A DNA stretch of 64,000 bases from contig MU061579.1 of assembly GCA_013265495.1 (NCBI GenBank), forward strand, positions 6,672,124-6,736,123, read 5' to 3'. Each line of letters begins with the position of its first letter. The first letter of the stretch is position 1. Below the pieces are notes generated by a model, which saw nothing but the letters and a program-made list of their open reading frames with translations, made no database searches and was not told where the DNA came from. The stretch comes from Vicugna vicugna. Taxonomy: Eukaryota. Of this stretch, positions 51,591-64,000 are shown piece after piece. The translations under genes were made by a program, and so were the position numbers.

Positions 51591-54329
51591 TAAAGCAATT
51601 TGTTTTAAAGCAACAGGGAAGTTGTATGGAAACAAAAGATTTCCAAAATTCTACTATTCTAGTTGCCATAGAATATTATAAATATGTGCATTTGTAGGGC
51701 TCAAATAGACTTCAAATCTTTTTTACATCACAAAGATTCTTTGAGAATCTTGTAACAGCTACATACCTCTCATTCAGGAAATAAAAGGTCACATATAGTG
51801 ACATAATTTTTAGTTCCTTTTTTGTCTCCTGAACTCAACTGTGTATCAGAAATTTATGGTTTAGAGATTTATCTTTCCAAATCTAGGAGTCGTACTCATC
51901 ATTCCTTCCACTCTTGGTCCACTACTATAGCCTACCATTATTCTTATCTTCATTCTATTTTTATAAGCATGCATTCATTCTGTAATTTTTACTGACAGAA
52001 GGATTTGCTGACTCTGCAGTGTGCTCCATAATCAAATTCACATAGAACTTGTCATCTGGTTTAACATTCCCTCCTTAATAATGTAACCACAGCCTTCCTG
52101 ATACCCTCTCAATTGGAGATGTATATTTCCAAAAGCTTTATCTTCTCTACTCTTCATAATTATGTAGTTCCATTTCCATAATGTGACACTCAACACAGGA
52201 CATTACTTGATCTGGGTTTTCACCATACTAATTTTAAAAACTGTAGAGTCAGCACTTTTGTTTTATAAGTTGTATTTCTAATAATATATCCATATCTGGC
52301 ATGGTCCCAGTTTTACTGTAACTAGACCAAAGACAGACAGACAGGAAGAAACTAGTGGACAGTTGTCACTATTTTACTATATTTTCTCTTTTATAATATG
52401 TAAAAATATCAAATCACTATCTTATACACCCAAAACTAATATAATATTTTACATCAATTATACTTCAATAAAGTATGTTTTTCTCTCAATGCAAAAAAGA
52501 GACAGCTTTTTCAAAACCAATGAGATTCAGAATGGGCTCAAATGACAAAAAAAATCATTAGAGATTTTCTTCTAACCTACTTTATAGCCTCTCTCATCAT
52601 TCCTACTGGTTTGCCTACACATTAATTATTTTTAAGCTTATTCTATTCTGGAAAGTTAGTGACTGTGAACAAATGCAAGAGTTTTTCCTAATCACTTAGC
52701 ATGTGGTTAGAATTGTTAGAAAAAAAAAGTAACAAAATTTTATTTCATGCACATAATATATGAGCCCAAATCCAAAACTTTATACTTATACACTTATCCC
52801 AAATCTAAGCCATCATCATTGGAGCCTGAAGATTTTTACCTATAGGGACTTCATGAGGTCTTTCTTCTTTCCTGGACTTTAAGATTATTTTGCCTTGAGT
52901 AGGAGGAAAATAGAATGATTATAAAATAAATTGACAATAAAGAAACCAAGAGTCAACTGCTTCAAAGGAAAAAATACGCAAAAAAAAAATATCCAGTAGG
53001 AGAGGGGCCTGGGAGAATTCCAAGAATACAAAGGACAGTAATTAAATTGTTTTAGTTGCTTCCAGACAAAGAGCTTTAGCCTTAGTTTGGATTAGTCAGC
53101 ACCACAGAAGGGAATGGCAGACAATAGCCACCAATGAGAAGCACAGGGTGGAATTAAATAGTGAAAAGGCCAAGCAATTATCCCTATGTCCTGTTGTGGA
53201 AGGGCAGACCTTTACTGTGGAGCATGGATGCTCTTGTCTCTAAGGGCTTCCTTTTCTTATGGAGCAAGCAAATATATTTGCTACAGCAAGGAAAAGATCC
53301 AGCTTCTTGAAAAATACAATGTTATTTTGGTGTGCTTAAAGACATCATTTCTGCAGGATACATTTGACATCTTTAATATCTCATCTAACTTTTATTTAAT
53401 ACAGGGCTGGAGCTACAAGGATATTCAATAGGAAGCAAATTCTATAGTAGAAAAAAATGGAGCATGAGAAGTCCTGGATGCTCAAAATTACTTTCCTCTT
53501 CCTTTTTCAATGTCTAATGTTTCACAGTGAATCATCTCCTGGGTTAAATGCATTGTCTCTGAATGTCCTCTTTACAGTGCAGATTCTGTTGCTTTTTTAA
53601 AAATCAGGAAATGCATTAACCAATTAGTAATCACTAATTGGCCTGGATTTGGGTATAAGCAATTTGATCTATAATAGGTATGTTAGGTTTTTTCACTGGG
53701 AGCAAATTTGGAAACTTAAACATGGAGATACCCAGAAACAACTGACATAATTGTACTGCTAAAAATAGCTTGCTATAATCCAGAAGAGGAAAACTAAACT
53801 CTCAGTTTGGGTTAGCACCCTAAGGAGAACTTGGAATGTGGAAAACTAAGTGAGGAGAACACTGAAAGCAATATCCAGTCTCAGTGTTGCTAAATTTTGT
53901 GTGCATACAAAAATGAGGTTTACCTAGGACATTCCAGGTTTACTCCTGTTTTAATTATAATTATTATTGCTATTAACTACCTTTTTACTCTTAGAAGGGT
54001 CCTAATTTGGTCTATAAATTTTATGGTCACACTATCAAAAGCCATCCTTTCTAGGTATCTCTTTTCAATAGAAGAGAAAAGTTTTGGAGGGGAAATGTTT
54101 TACATGTGGATATGAAAGTAAATAGTGATATTGTTGAAGACATTAGATGCCATGCTAGGGCATTAGGAAGTTAGTCTTTACAGCCAGTCTGTGGTTCAGA
54201 GGGAAATTTGTTTTTCTCGGTGTCTGCTCTGTAAATGCAAGAACTTCCCTTCTGCTCATGAGTTCACTTTCTCACTTAAAGGAGCATGTGTGTTTGGTCA
54301 TACCACACTGCTCTCTTTTTTCTATGCTA

Positions 54330-55290
54330 GCCATGCCATCTCCATTGCTGGTTTATCATCCTCAAACCAATCTTTTAATGCTCTGGTTCCTTAAGTACTG
54401 ATGTCTACCACATTTAAATCTCCAGTCCAGTCTTCTCCTTTGAGTTCCCAACAGATACACAGTTATTTGACTTTTATATTTAAGTGCTCAGAGACATCTT
54501 AAAATGGAACTTTTTACCTCTGCCCATAATAATTTCCATTTCAGTAAATGGCTCAAGTCAGAAACCAATGAGGCACAGCCTCATTTTCTCTCACTCATCC
54601 TTAATAAACAATCCATTAAAGGAGTCTGATCAGATCTACTTAGAAAGCATACCTACAACCCACTGAGTCTTTCCTATTCCATTTTATTCATTTTATTCTG
54701 GTCACCATCCCACTTCACCTGACCTACCACAACAGCCTTCTAACTGGTCTCCCTACTTCCACTCTTGGCCCTCCAACACACTCTCCACATCTTGGCCAGA
54801 GATATCTTAATATACAAACCAACCACGTCACTGACCCTTTAAAGGCTGTCTATTGCATATTGAATAATATTCCTTATTATGGCTTGTAAGGTTGTGTTTG
54901 ACCTGGCCCCCAGCTATCACCTCGACCCTATCTTATAACACCCTTCTCCTTGGGCCTCATTCATCATCCTCCTTGCTCTTCCTTGGAGACACCACAGTTT
55001 CTCACTTTAGGTCCTTTGAACACACTTCTCTTTCTACTGAAATGCCACTCTTTACATGCATAAAACATTCCTTTCTCCCACTTTAGGCTTTGGCTTAACT
55101 TTCACCTTTTCAGGGACTACTTCTTTGCCAGTCTTAGTCCCTTCTTTCTATAACAAATTGCAATTTTTAATCATCTCATATATAACTACTTTCACTAATT
55201 TACTGATTTTTCAAATATAAGCTCCAGGATAGCAGTGGCCATTTCTGTGCTTATTATCTGATGACTCCAGGGTCTGTAACCCAAGTAAAT
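54330..55290 (+). mobile_element. L2 LINE relic
   Basis: CTACCACAACAGCCTTCTAACTGGTCTCCCTACTTCCACTCTTGGCCCTCC. Confidence 0.75.
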
Positions 55291-56088
55291 ACTAAAGTTT
55301 GTTTTCCAAAGCAGTCTGCTCTAGAAATGATTTAAAAGAAAAAAAAAGAACGTAGAGAGACATATTTTCTCTACAGATCACTAAAACACGTCTCTTTAGG
55401 TCTGCTTATGGGATCTACAAGCTAGTTACTAATACACAAGAAATTAATCCCAGTGTTAACTATGCAGTGCCCACTTTACTAACTCAAAGCAGATATCTGT
55501 GCTTTATTTGACGGGCACCCTTACCATTTAAATGCTCAATCCCACACTTCAAGTCTAGCATCCAATTAAACTGCATGGGGGAAGTTCACACCTTGGTATC
55601 TGCCTACATAGCTATCTATTTATGTAGCAAAAGCTGTCAACATGACAAGAAGAGATAGAATTTTTTCCCCTGTTCAGGAAGTACACTAACAATATTAACA
55701 ACAGAATTTAGAGCAAATTGAATCCATGTACTTCTACCCATCTCAAGGAACATGAAGATGAGTAAGTATACTTTTAAGTTGCTCCAAGTGTAACTACAGG
55801 TGGACTCCCTGGTTTCTAATTTTCTAACTTTCTACTTCATAGTTCCTTGTACCTTTCTGTTCTTCTTCCCTATCCACCACTAGGGTTGCATACATTTATG
55901 ACACAGTGATCACAATGAAGATTTAGGTGGCTAAAATGCAATCTCTCTCTCTCTCCAAATGCATGCCCACATACATGTATACATTTATTTAGCCATTTAG
56001 AGTTGGTCATATATATTACAGGCCTTTACTCTTCTGTACTTAATATGTATAGTACACTTTTGAATGAATGAATCAAAATATAAAACAT

Positions 56089-56120
56089 TAAGCATTAGCT
56101 AAGCATTAGCTAAGCATTAG
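56089..56120. repeat. 11-bp tandem repeat (AAGCATTAGCT), about 3 copies
   Basis: Read directly. Confidence 0.85.
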
Positions 56121-56199
56121 GGTGGCTGGGTGGCCCAATTAGGACATTGTCCAGAATATGAGTAAACTGGAGCATAGTGAAAGAATTTAACCAATCATG

Positions 56200-57885
56200 G
56201 TGTCAGGTAGCTCTTTTTGGTGACAAATCATCCCCAAACTCAGTGGCATACAATAACAAACACTTATTCTCATACTCATAGGTCTGTGGCTCTATTCCAT
56301 GTATATTCATCCTGGACCCAGGCTGAAGGGACAATAGCCACTTGGGCCATGTTCTTCTCATTGGAAAGTTCCGGAACTTCAGGAGGGACAATCAGAAACA
56401 TCCAGTTCTTCCTAAAGTATATGCCTACAACTGGCCCACTGCCACCTCTGCTCACATTCTTTTGACCAAGTTAAGTTATAATGCCAAATCCAGTAGCAGC
56501 AGGGCAGATAAATATACTTTTCTGAAGAAAGAGAGATGGAAAACAAGTGAATATTTGCTAAATAATCTACTCTACTACACTCCACTTTCTTTGTTTACAA
56601 TTATGCATGTGTCTTCCCCATGCAAAATACTGCTCCCTAAAGAAGATACTCCAAATATTGCATCCAGTCCAATCATGGCACCAGACTTTAAGTCCAGAAT
56701 GCTGTGGAGGGGAGGAGGAAGAATTTCCACCTATATCTAAATTCAGTTCCTCTTGATCCAGAGACATAAGAACTAAAGGGGCAAGTTATATGCCCCCACA
56801 TTGCCTATGTGGAAGAGGGACAGAATAACTCCAATGATATTACTATTCAAAAAGCAGAAGACTTTCCAGCACACAGCAGTCACCACTCCCCCAAACTTCT
56901 ATTATATTGCTGGAAAATATCACAAGTTTGCCCTACTCTGGGGTGGGTTGTTTTCCTTCATTAAAGTTCTAGTTATTCTGCCAGGAACAGCTCCCTCATC
57001 CATTGTTCCCCATAGTTCTTGGCTCTGTACTCTGAGAGGTCTTTTCCTTTTTCACCATTTTGGACATGTATTTCTGAAATAGGGCAAAGGACAATATATG
57101 CCTTTGAGTGGGAACAAGAGGTCCTTTTTTATCTCAAATAGATCTCTGACTCTTTTTGTTTAGGCTGGCAAATGTTTTGCCAACATAGCTCTTTCAAACA
57201 CTTGCATCTCAAGCATAGCTCTCTAGGTATTTGATTCTAGACAATTACATGTGCCCAAATCCATTCCACAGTTGTTTTCTAAGACAGGCCTCTTTCTATA
57301 GATTTAATTATGGATACATTGAGTCCTTTGGGCTTTTTAAAGACCCTATCCTTAGGTTTCTCTTGAAAGTCTTTTTTCCAATTGAAAGAATCCACTAAAT
57401 ATCCTCATAAATTCTTCCTGGGTGCTAACAAAGGCTGTACTGGCCACAGCTTTAATTTGGTCTTTAAACTGAAGCAATACCATAATGGCCACACTTCGGA
57501 TTTGTTGAGAAGTAATGTCATTTACAACACTGTGATTTCTGAATTATTTATCTTCCCTCTAAATTCTGCTTGCAAACAATTTGTTTTTCCTCCAAGCTTC
57601 TTTCTTTCTTGAGTACTTCATCAAATGCAGTTACTTGCAACTGGCTCCCACTTTCAATGTTTTGCCTCAATAGCACCTAGACCAAATTTACACGATTATT
57701 CACTATATATACTTTCTTCTTAGTCAACACAGGTGCAGTTTTACCAAAATTGTTGCCACTCACTAAAACGGCTCACCATTTTCCCATGCCCAAGGAAAAC
57801 CCCTTCCTGCTTACCACTTGTTCCCAAAGTGAGTGGCCCACATTTCAGGTTTTAGTAATGTCACCAATCTACTATTAGATGTTTC
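56200..57885 (-). mobile_element. MaLR element: MLT1-type LTR (about 56200-56580) plus MLT internal sequence
   Basis: LTR motif ACAAATCATCCCCAAACTCAGTGGC. Internal-like motifs CCCCATGCAAAATAC and TTCCCAAAGTGAGTGGCCCACATTTCAGG. Confidence 0.65.
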
Positions 57886-57901
57886 TGTAGCAGAGTGTCT
57901 G

Positions 57902-58360
57902 TCATATTAGTTACCTAATTCTATGTAATAAAGTACAACAAACTTATTAAAATAATACACATTTATTATATCACAGTTTGGGGGAGTCAAGATATGGCTC
58001 AGCTGGCCTCTTGGCTTCAAGCTCCCACATGAAGTTGCATTCACAGTGCCAGGGTAAGGTCTCCCCTAGAGGCTCAACTGCAGGAAAGGCTACCTGCCCA
58101 TCTGGGTGGCCGGCAATACTCACTTCCCTGCAGCTGCAGAATTCACAGCAACTTACTTCTTCAAAGCGAGCGATGAAGGGACTCCATCAAGAGAGGTCCT
58201 ATATATATGGCCCTATGTAATCTCACATATGTAATCCACATGCATCCCATTACCTTTGCCATCTTTTGTAGAAACAGGTCACAGACCCTGCCCATGCTTA
58301 AGGGGAGGGTATCATAAAGGGATGTGAGTACAGGAGATAAAGATCATGGGGGCACTACAT
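57902..58360 (-). mobile_element. MLT1D/E-like LTR, apparently nested in an ERVL LTR relic extending to about 58808
   Basis: ATTAGTTACCTAATTCTATGTAATAAAGTACAACAAACTTA...AGGTCACAGACCCTGCCCATGCTTAAGGGGAGGG. Confidence 0.7.
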
Positions 58361-58824
58361 CTGCTGTTCACTCACCACCACCAATCTCCTTTCTAAAGGG
58401 GCAACTACATTCTCAGAATCTTCTAACTAGTATATATGACTCTGGGTTAGAGTTTGCCAGTGAGAAGAACTTCCATATAATTTGGAAAATAGAAGTGAAG
58501 TAAAAGCCATTATTCACAGAAGGCTGTAGCACCCAGATGTAGAGACTTTACAGACTTCTTCAGGATCTCTCATGTTTTTCATGGCAGCATCTCAGATTCT
58601 CCCGTAAGTTCTGTCTGCTCCACATACTCCAGTGCTTCTAGCCAAAGTCATTACTGGCTGTTTCTCTGACCCTCTATCTACCTGTTTTAGACCTTTATTA
58701 CCTTAGTTTCTCCCTAATTCATGTAAACTCTAATGTGCATATCAAATATCTTATTCCCATAATAGTTGTGATGGTTCTATTCTTTGACTGAACCCAGATA
58801 GATATACATGCACTGCAGACTTAC

Positions 58825-58982
58825 AATTTGCAAACCTGTGTTACAACTGAATTATCTTGGGAGTACTTTTTAAAAGCCTGTACTCCAAGTCAGAATCTTT
58901 AGGAGGTGGGCTCTCGGATCTGGATTTTCAAAACAGTTTCCCAAGTGATTTTAATACAAAAATCAGTTTGGGGAGCCAATGA
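58825..58982. mobile_element. MER5-like hAT MITE
   Basis: TCAGAATCTTTAGGAGGTGGG...TTCCCAAGTGATTTTAAT...AGTTTGGGAGCCAATG. Confidence 0.65.
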
Positions 58983-59194
58983 AGTCACATTAACCTGTAT
59001 ATTAGGAGATCTGGACCAAAGTCTCAGCTCTTTTATCAGTTAACAATCTGACACTTAATAAGTCACCTAATATCTCCATGTCCCTGTATGTCACGTACAA
59101 TATTTCCTTATATATGAAAAGAGATTAGATTATTTCTAAGGTTCCCACGATCTGAAATTTGATCTTGTGACTCTATTTCAAACACAAATATCTT

Positions 59195-59420
59195 TATCTG
59201 GGTTTTAATCCAAGCTGCATAACTTACTAGATCTGTGACCTTGAGAAGGTCACCTCAGTCCTCTAGGCCACAGCTTCCTCATCTATAAAATGAGGATGGT
59301 AATAGCGTCTACCTCAATGGGTGGTTATGAGTATTAAATTCATTAAGTCATATAGTGTCTGTAAAATATTTAAAATAGTGTCTGGAATATTATAAGCACA
59401 TTATAAGTGCTTATTAAAAT
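59195..59420 (+). mobile_element. MIR SINE
   Basis: CTGTGACCTTGAG...CAGCTTCCTCATCTATAAAATGAGGATGGTAATAG. Confidence 0.85.
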
Positions 59421-60539
59421 AAAATTTAGAAGCAATTTGGAGGCTAACAAACATTTACTACTGGCACTAATATTCTAAGCTAATAGTGTAACATTGTAGG
59501 CAATAGGGATAGACAATAAATATGGTAAGAACAGTACCTTGTGGAGCTCACAAGCTGATAGGAAAGATACAGATACAAAGAAAGAATTGTAAGAGAATGT
59601 GGCAAGTGGTCCATGTCTAGGGTTCCCTAGGAGCCCTGGAAATGATGAATGAGTTTTGTCTGAAGGGAATAGGGGCAGACTCTCTGAGGAGATGACATTT
59701 GAATTGTTTAAAAGAACACTGTTTGGCGGACAAAGTAGTAATCCAAGAGAGTAATTACATATTCACAGAGAGAGAAAGAACAGATTGTCAAAAATATTTT
59801 TCCTCGGGCAATATATAGGCTTTCAAAGTAGATATTTCACGTGAAATATCTATAACATTGTAGCTAGTTGGAACTGTGATTAGTAGCAGTTACCAGAACA
59901 CTCAACTTTGGTGGTTAAATAAGTATGAGAATAGACAGCTCAGTCCTGATGAGGTGGCTTAATGACATCTACTAATGGGGACACAGGCAAGGCATCTGCA
60001 TATGGCTGCACAATCTGTGCAGTGCACAATACAAGGGGCCGCCAGTGCCATCAACTGCAAAGTAAATCCAATCCTCCATCCCCTAGTCTTAGGCTCTTTC
60101 TATCTCTCACATCACCATCCTTAAAATGCAGGGATTGACCCTCATGATGGAAGACGGTTGCTGTATCTCCAGGACCTCATATCTGCCTTCCAGACAGAAA
60201 AGCGGGGAAGGGCAAATGGGGTGAAAATGATTTATCCTAATTAGGTTTTGGCTTTTATTCAAAAGTGATGCTCTTCACTGGGACTTTTCCAACATCTCAT
60301 TGCCCAGATCCATGGCACAACCTGGCTGTTAGTATGGTGGCAAGATGGAGCAAGCAGCTTTCCAGAAGATGAAAGTAATAAAGAGGATTTAATTGGAGGT
60401 TGACATTTATTGACATAACCCATTCTGAGATCATTTTGAGGGCATTATGCAATGTTTTGAGCTTCAAGATTTCTACATAATATACAGTATTTAAGAGGCA
60501 ATAACCTTCCCCCTGCTTATTTCCTTTCTTTCTACTCTG

Positions 60540-60920
60540 CTTGCATCTATGCACCAGTCACGCTGGACTTCATTTCTTGGACATACCGTGTTCTTCTTTG
60601 CTACAAGATCTTTGCCTTGCTCTTCCTTCTGTCTGAACCTATTTTCTCCTCTCTTTCCCCTTTCCTAGCTAATTCCTACCCATTACTCAAGTCTCAATTT
60701 AAATGCCACGTTCAAGGAATTCACACAAACTCCCAGGCCAGGTTAGTTCTACATCCAATAACACTGTATACTCAGCACACTTTAAATTCAGTTCCATATC
60801 TGTCTTCTGCTCTAGTTTGTAAGCTTTATCTAGGAAGGGATTCTGTCCTGGCTTACCTACCACAGTTGCTGGACAATAATATAATTTTGCTGACTTATTT
60901 GATCAATTGTTTAATCAAAG
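60540..60920 (+). mobile_element. L2 relic
   Basis: CCTAGCTAATTCCTACCCATTACTCAAGTCTCAATTTAAATGCCAC. Confidence 0.65.
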
Positions 60921-62916
60921 AGATGGTAAAATTGTACGAATTTTTACATGTTTTAGCTTTCCCTAAAATCAACAATGTAGTGTTATCTATATGCCACAGG
61001 AAATACTTCAAAATAAACTGACTTCTTGATATCACAGAAATTAAGATGTTAAAAATATACTAATAATTTATAAGAGCCACTGATAGAAGTGTGTCTATAT
61101 GAGATCATATTTTTCAGGGCCACATAAATGGTAACTTTGTCTAAGAGACATCAATTTAATCACCTCTTTTACCCTTCAATCTTTCCCCTGGGGCTACCAC
61201 TAGTAACTTAAGATGAATGTTCATGCCTTTTATCCTTTTAGAAATATGAGTAATTAAAAATTGACTTTCAGGATTTCATGCTTCTTCTTAAATTCAATAT
61301 CCTGGTCTAGTTAGTGCATTCCTTGCACACATCATGCCAGTTTCTAAGATAATTTATAATTTTTTTTTCATTTATCAAATACACATTTTTTTCTCTACTA
61401 TATATGAAGTATTTCTTCTCTGTGAATTTTAATAAAAATTATTTCAGTGGGGTGAAAAATGCACATATTAACCTCGAATTGCCATATATAGGTCATCTAG
61501 AAATGAATTCATTTTCTAAATAAATTAAACCACTGTAACCATCAAGAATGAACATCAATGTGTTGATAATTTTATTATAGTGCATTTTATTACCTGAAAT
61601 TTTTGTGACACTTCATTAATAGTATGTCTAACATGATAGAAGAAAGGAGGATAAAATTTAAAACCTCTCTTCTGATTCTGAAACAAAGGAAATGAATGGT
61701 TTATGCTTTCAGTCATTTACGATCTATTGTTGGTTCTTAAAATCTCTGTCCTTTACTAATTTGCTGGCTTCTGTTTTCCTCTGGTCACCTTTATCTTTAA
61801 TATAATCAAAATGGTTAGTCTACTTCATGAAAATTTTTTTCCATAGGGAAATCTGCTCTGTGACTCCATTCTACTTTTCTGAGTTTACAAAATATCCTTT
61901 ATATCCTCATTGCCACAGATGTTGGCTTTGTTGTAATGCAATTAGACATGAAACAATTAAATGATGCATAAAGAACATCAATGTCAGATTAGGCTCCCAA
62001 ACTCGTTAGTAGAAAGCACAATGATTACCCCAAGAGAGTATATTTTTGAAGAAGCAATAGTCAATGTACTTTCCACTTATTTCCTATCTCTTTTTAGAAG
62101 CAAACAGGACAGTACTTTATTTGCTTCAGTAATCATGCTTCCAGAAACTAAAAGAAAAGAATCTCATCTATGTCAAGTTATGGTCAAACTCATTTTCTAA
62201 ATTGAAAAGAATCTTGAAATTGATGGTACATCAAGCTGTGAAAACGAGTCAAGTGAAAAAGGAAAGCATACAATTAGGCTTGTTTCTGGTTGGCTTGGAC
62301 ACTAGGGAACAGAGAAACATAATCAGTAATCTTGAATGTCTAGGGATATACAGGTAAACATCTTTTTATTCTATTCAAAGTTATATCAAGCAAAAAATTA
62401 AAGTTTTTAAAAAGTAATTAACATTAAGTGAAAGCAAGATACTTAGGAGTTTAGAATATTAAACTACTTGTTAGTTAGCAATTGCTCCTTTGGGATACAC
62501 ATTTGGCTTCAGTTAAAATGGAGACTGAAAGAACCCAATTTGATTTGCATCGTAACTTCAGTATAAAGCACTTACAATGAAATTCTAGTTTCCCAAGCAC
62601 CTGCTGAGCCACATTACTACTTCTGCGGACCAGAGTATCCTCCAATGTACCATATGACTCTTCATTTATTGTTGTTAAAGTACTCCTTGTTGCAACTTTG
62701 AATAGTATATTTTTTATTATTTTGATGGGTCATTTTCAAATTAGAGTTTTAAGTTTATAAGATTTTTTTGTAAAACTCCCAAATTCTATAATAAAAATTA
62801 GATAATTTTTTAAAAGAAGACATAGTATATATAGGATCTGAGATTACACATTTAGGTGTTCCCCTGCTCAAAAGAAGTATCTATTTATTTACATGTAATT
62901 ATTTTATTTTCAGTCC

Positions 62917-63381
62917 TGTATTAGTCAGGGTTCTCCAGAGATACAGAACCTATATGATATATAGAAATATATAGAAAGAGATTTATTATGAGGAATTGCC
63001 TCAAATGATTATGGAGGCTGAGAATTCTATGATATGTCACCTGCACACTAGAGGCCCAGGGAAGCCAGTGGTGTAGTTCCAGTCCAAACCCAAATGTCTG
63101 AGAACTGGGAACACCAAGTCCCAGGGCAGGAGAAGATGGACTTTCCAGTTTAAGAAAGAAGAGCAAATACACTCTTCCTCCACCTTTTCTATTCTAATCA
63201 AGCCCTCAATGGATTGAATGTTGCCCACCAGCACTGGTGAGGACATCTTTACTTAATCTACCTTTTCAAATGCTAATCTCTTCTGGAAACACTCTCACAG
63301 ACACACCTTCAGATAATGTTTTACCAGCTATCTGGGTAGCCCTTAGCCTGGTCAAGCTGACATGTAAAATTAACCCTCACA
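62917..63381 (-). mobile_element. MLT2 (ERVL) solo LTR
   Basis: TGTATTAGTCAGGGTTCTCCAGAGA...GGTCAAGCTGACATGTAAAATTAACCCTCACA. Confidence 0.9.
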
Positions 63382-64000
63382 ACTCTCCATTCCTTTGATA
63401 ACCAAAACAACTGTAACCAAGTCAAAAGTGCTTTTAAGTTTTTCAAAGTTTTATTTATCTCCTTTTCTGTCCTAGAAGTGTATCTAAATCCTTAAGATAT
63501 ATGTAGGCCAAGGAGTCAGAAGAGGCATTTAGTCCTTGACCATTTTTCATACTTGTGGACATCTGCTGAGATGTCTTCTTTTACATTTTTGTCTCCATTT
63601 AATGATCAACTTATATCTTTGTAAGCCTTCCTCATACTTACTGATCTATAAATCTATTCAGGCTTAACTCATGTCTTGAATATGCTCTGGTATTTGCTTA
63701 CTTATGGTAATAATCCAACAAAGAAAAAGAAAAATTCTGATTTAGAAGAGGTGAGAAAATTTGTCAGATAATGTGTTCAGATATCAATGCAGGATAGGAA
63801 ATAGCACATAAGTAAAGGCTTTAGTCCTAGAAGTGAGACAGAAAAATTGATTTATTAAAAACAAAAGAGAAGGTAGAGGTTAAAGGGGTAGATGTGTTCT
63901 GGGAACTTATGGAAATCCTTTTCTAATTGTTTCTTTTTTCTCAATGTAATGAGAAGGAAGTTCATCCAATAACTGCCCATGAAGGTAGTGGAGGATGTGT

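Noticed and set aside
56089..56120. CRISPR-like or regulatory direct repeats
   Set aside because: An 11-bp head-to-tail slippage repeat with no spacers, in a mammalian context.
59392..59414. Palindrome ATAAGCAC-ATTATAA-GTGCTTAT
   Set aside because: Short, AT-rich and at a MIR end; likely chance or local slippage.

Overview
AT-rich, repeat-dominated mammalian genomic DNA, either intergenic or deep intronic. A Vic-1-like tRNA-derived SINE and the style of the L1 3' ends suggest a camelid (alpaca/llama/camel); this assignment is inferred. I find no credible protein-coding exon, RNA gene or CRISPR array. The ORFs in the track are decayed Tigger1 transposase or L1 ORF2 fragments, microsatellite artefacts, or chance ORFs. 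The window holds a near full-length Tigger1, several L1 fragments, solo LTRs (ERV1, ERVL, MaLR), MIR/L2/CR1 relics and hAT/Tigger MITEs. The best-supported unusual structures record retrotransposition mechanisms: (i) an L1 3'-transduction of about 310 bp inside a perfect 17-bp TSD; (ii) a tRNA-SINE/L1-3'-end chimera inside one TSD, inserted at a hairpin next to the Tigger1 terminal repeat; (iii) two twin-priming L1 inversions; (iv) a young CpG-rich solo LTR with CTCF- and YY1-like motifs. A repeat-poor block near 38.3 kb also holds candidate non-coding exon signals. I see no evidence for a novel multi-gene system. Repeat family names come from remembered consensus sequences, not from a search. 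Boundaries without a TSD are approximate.
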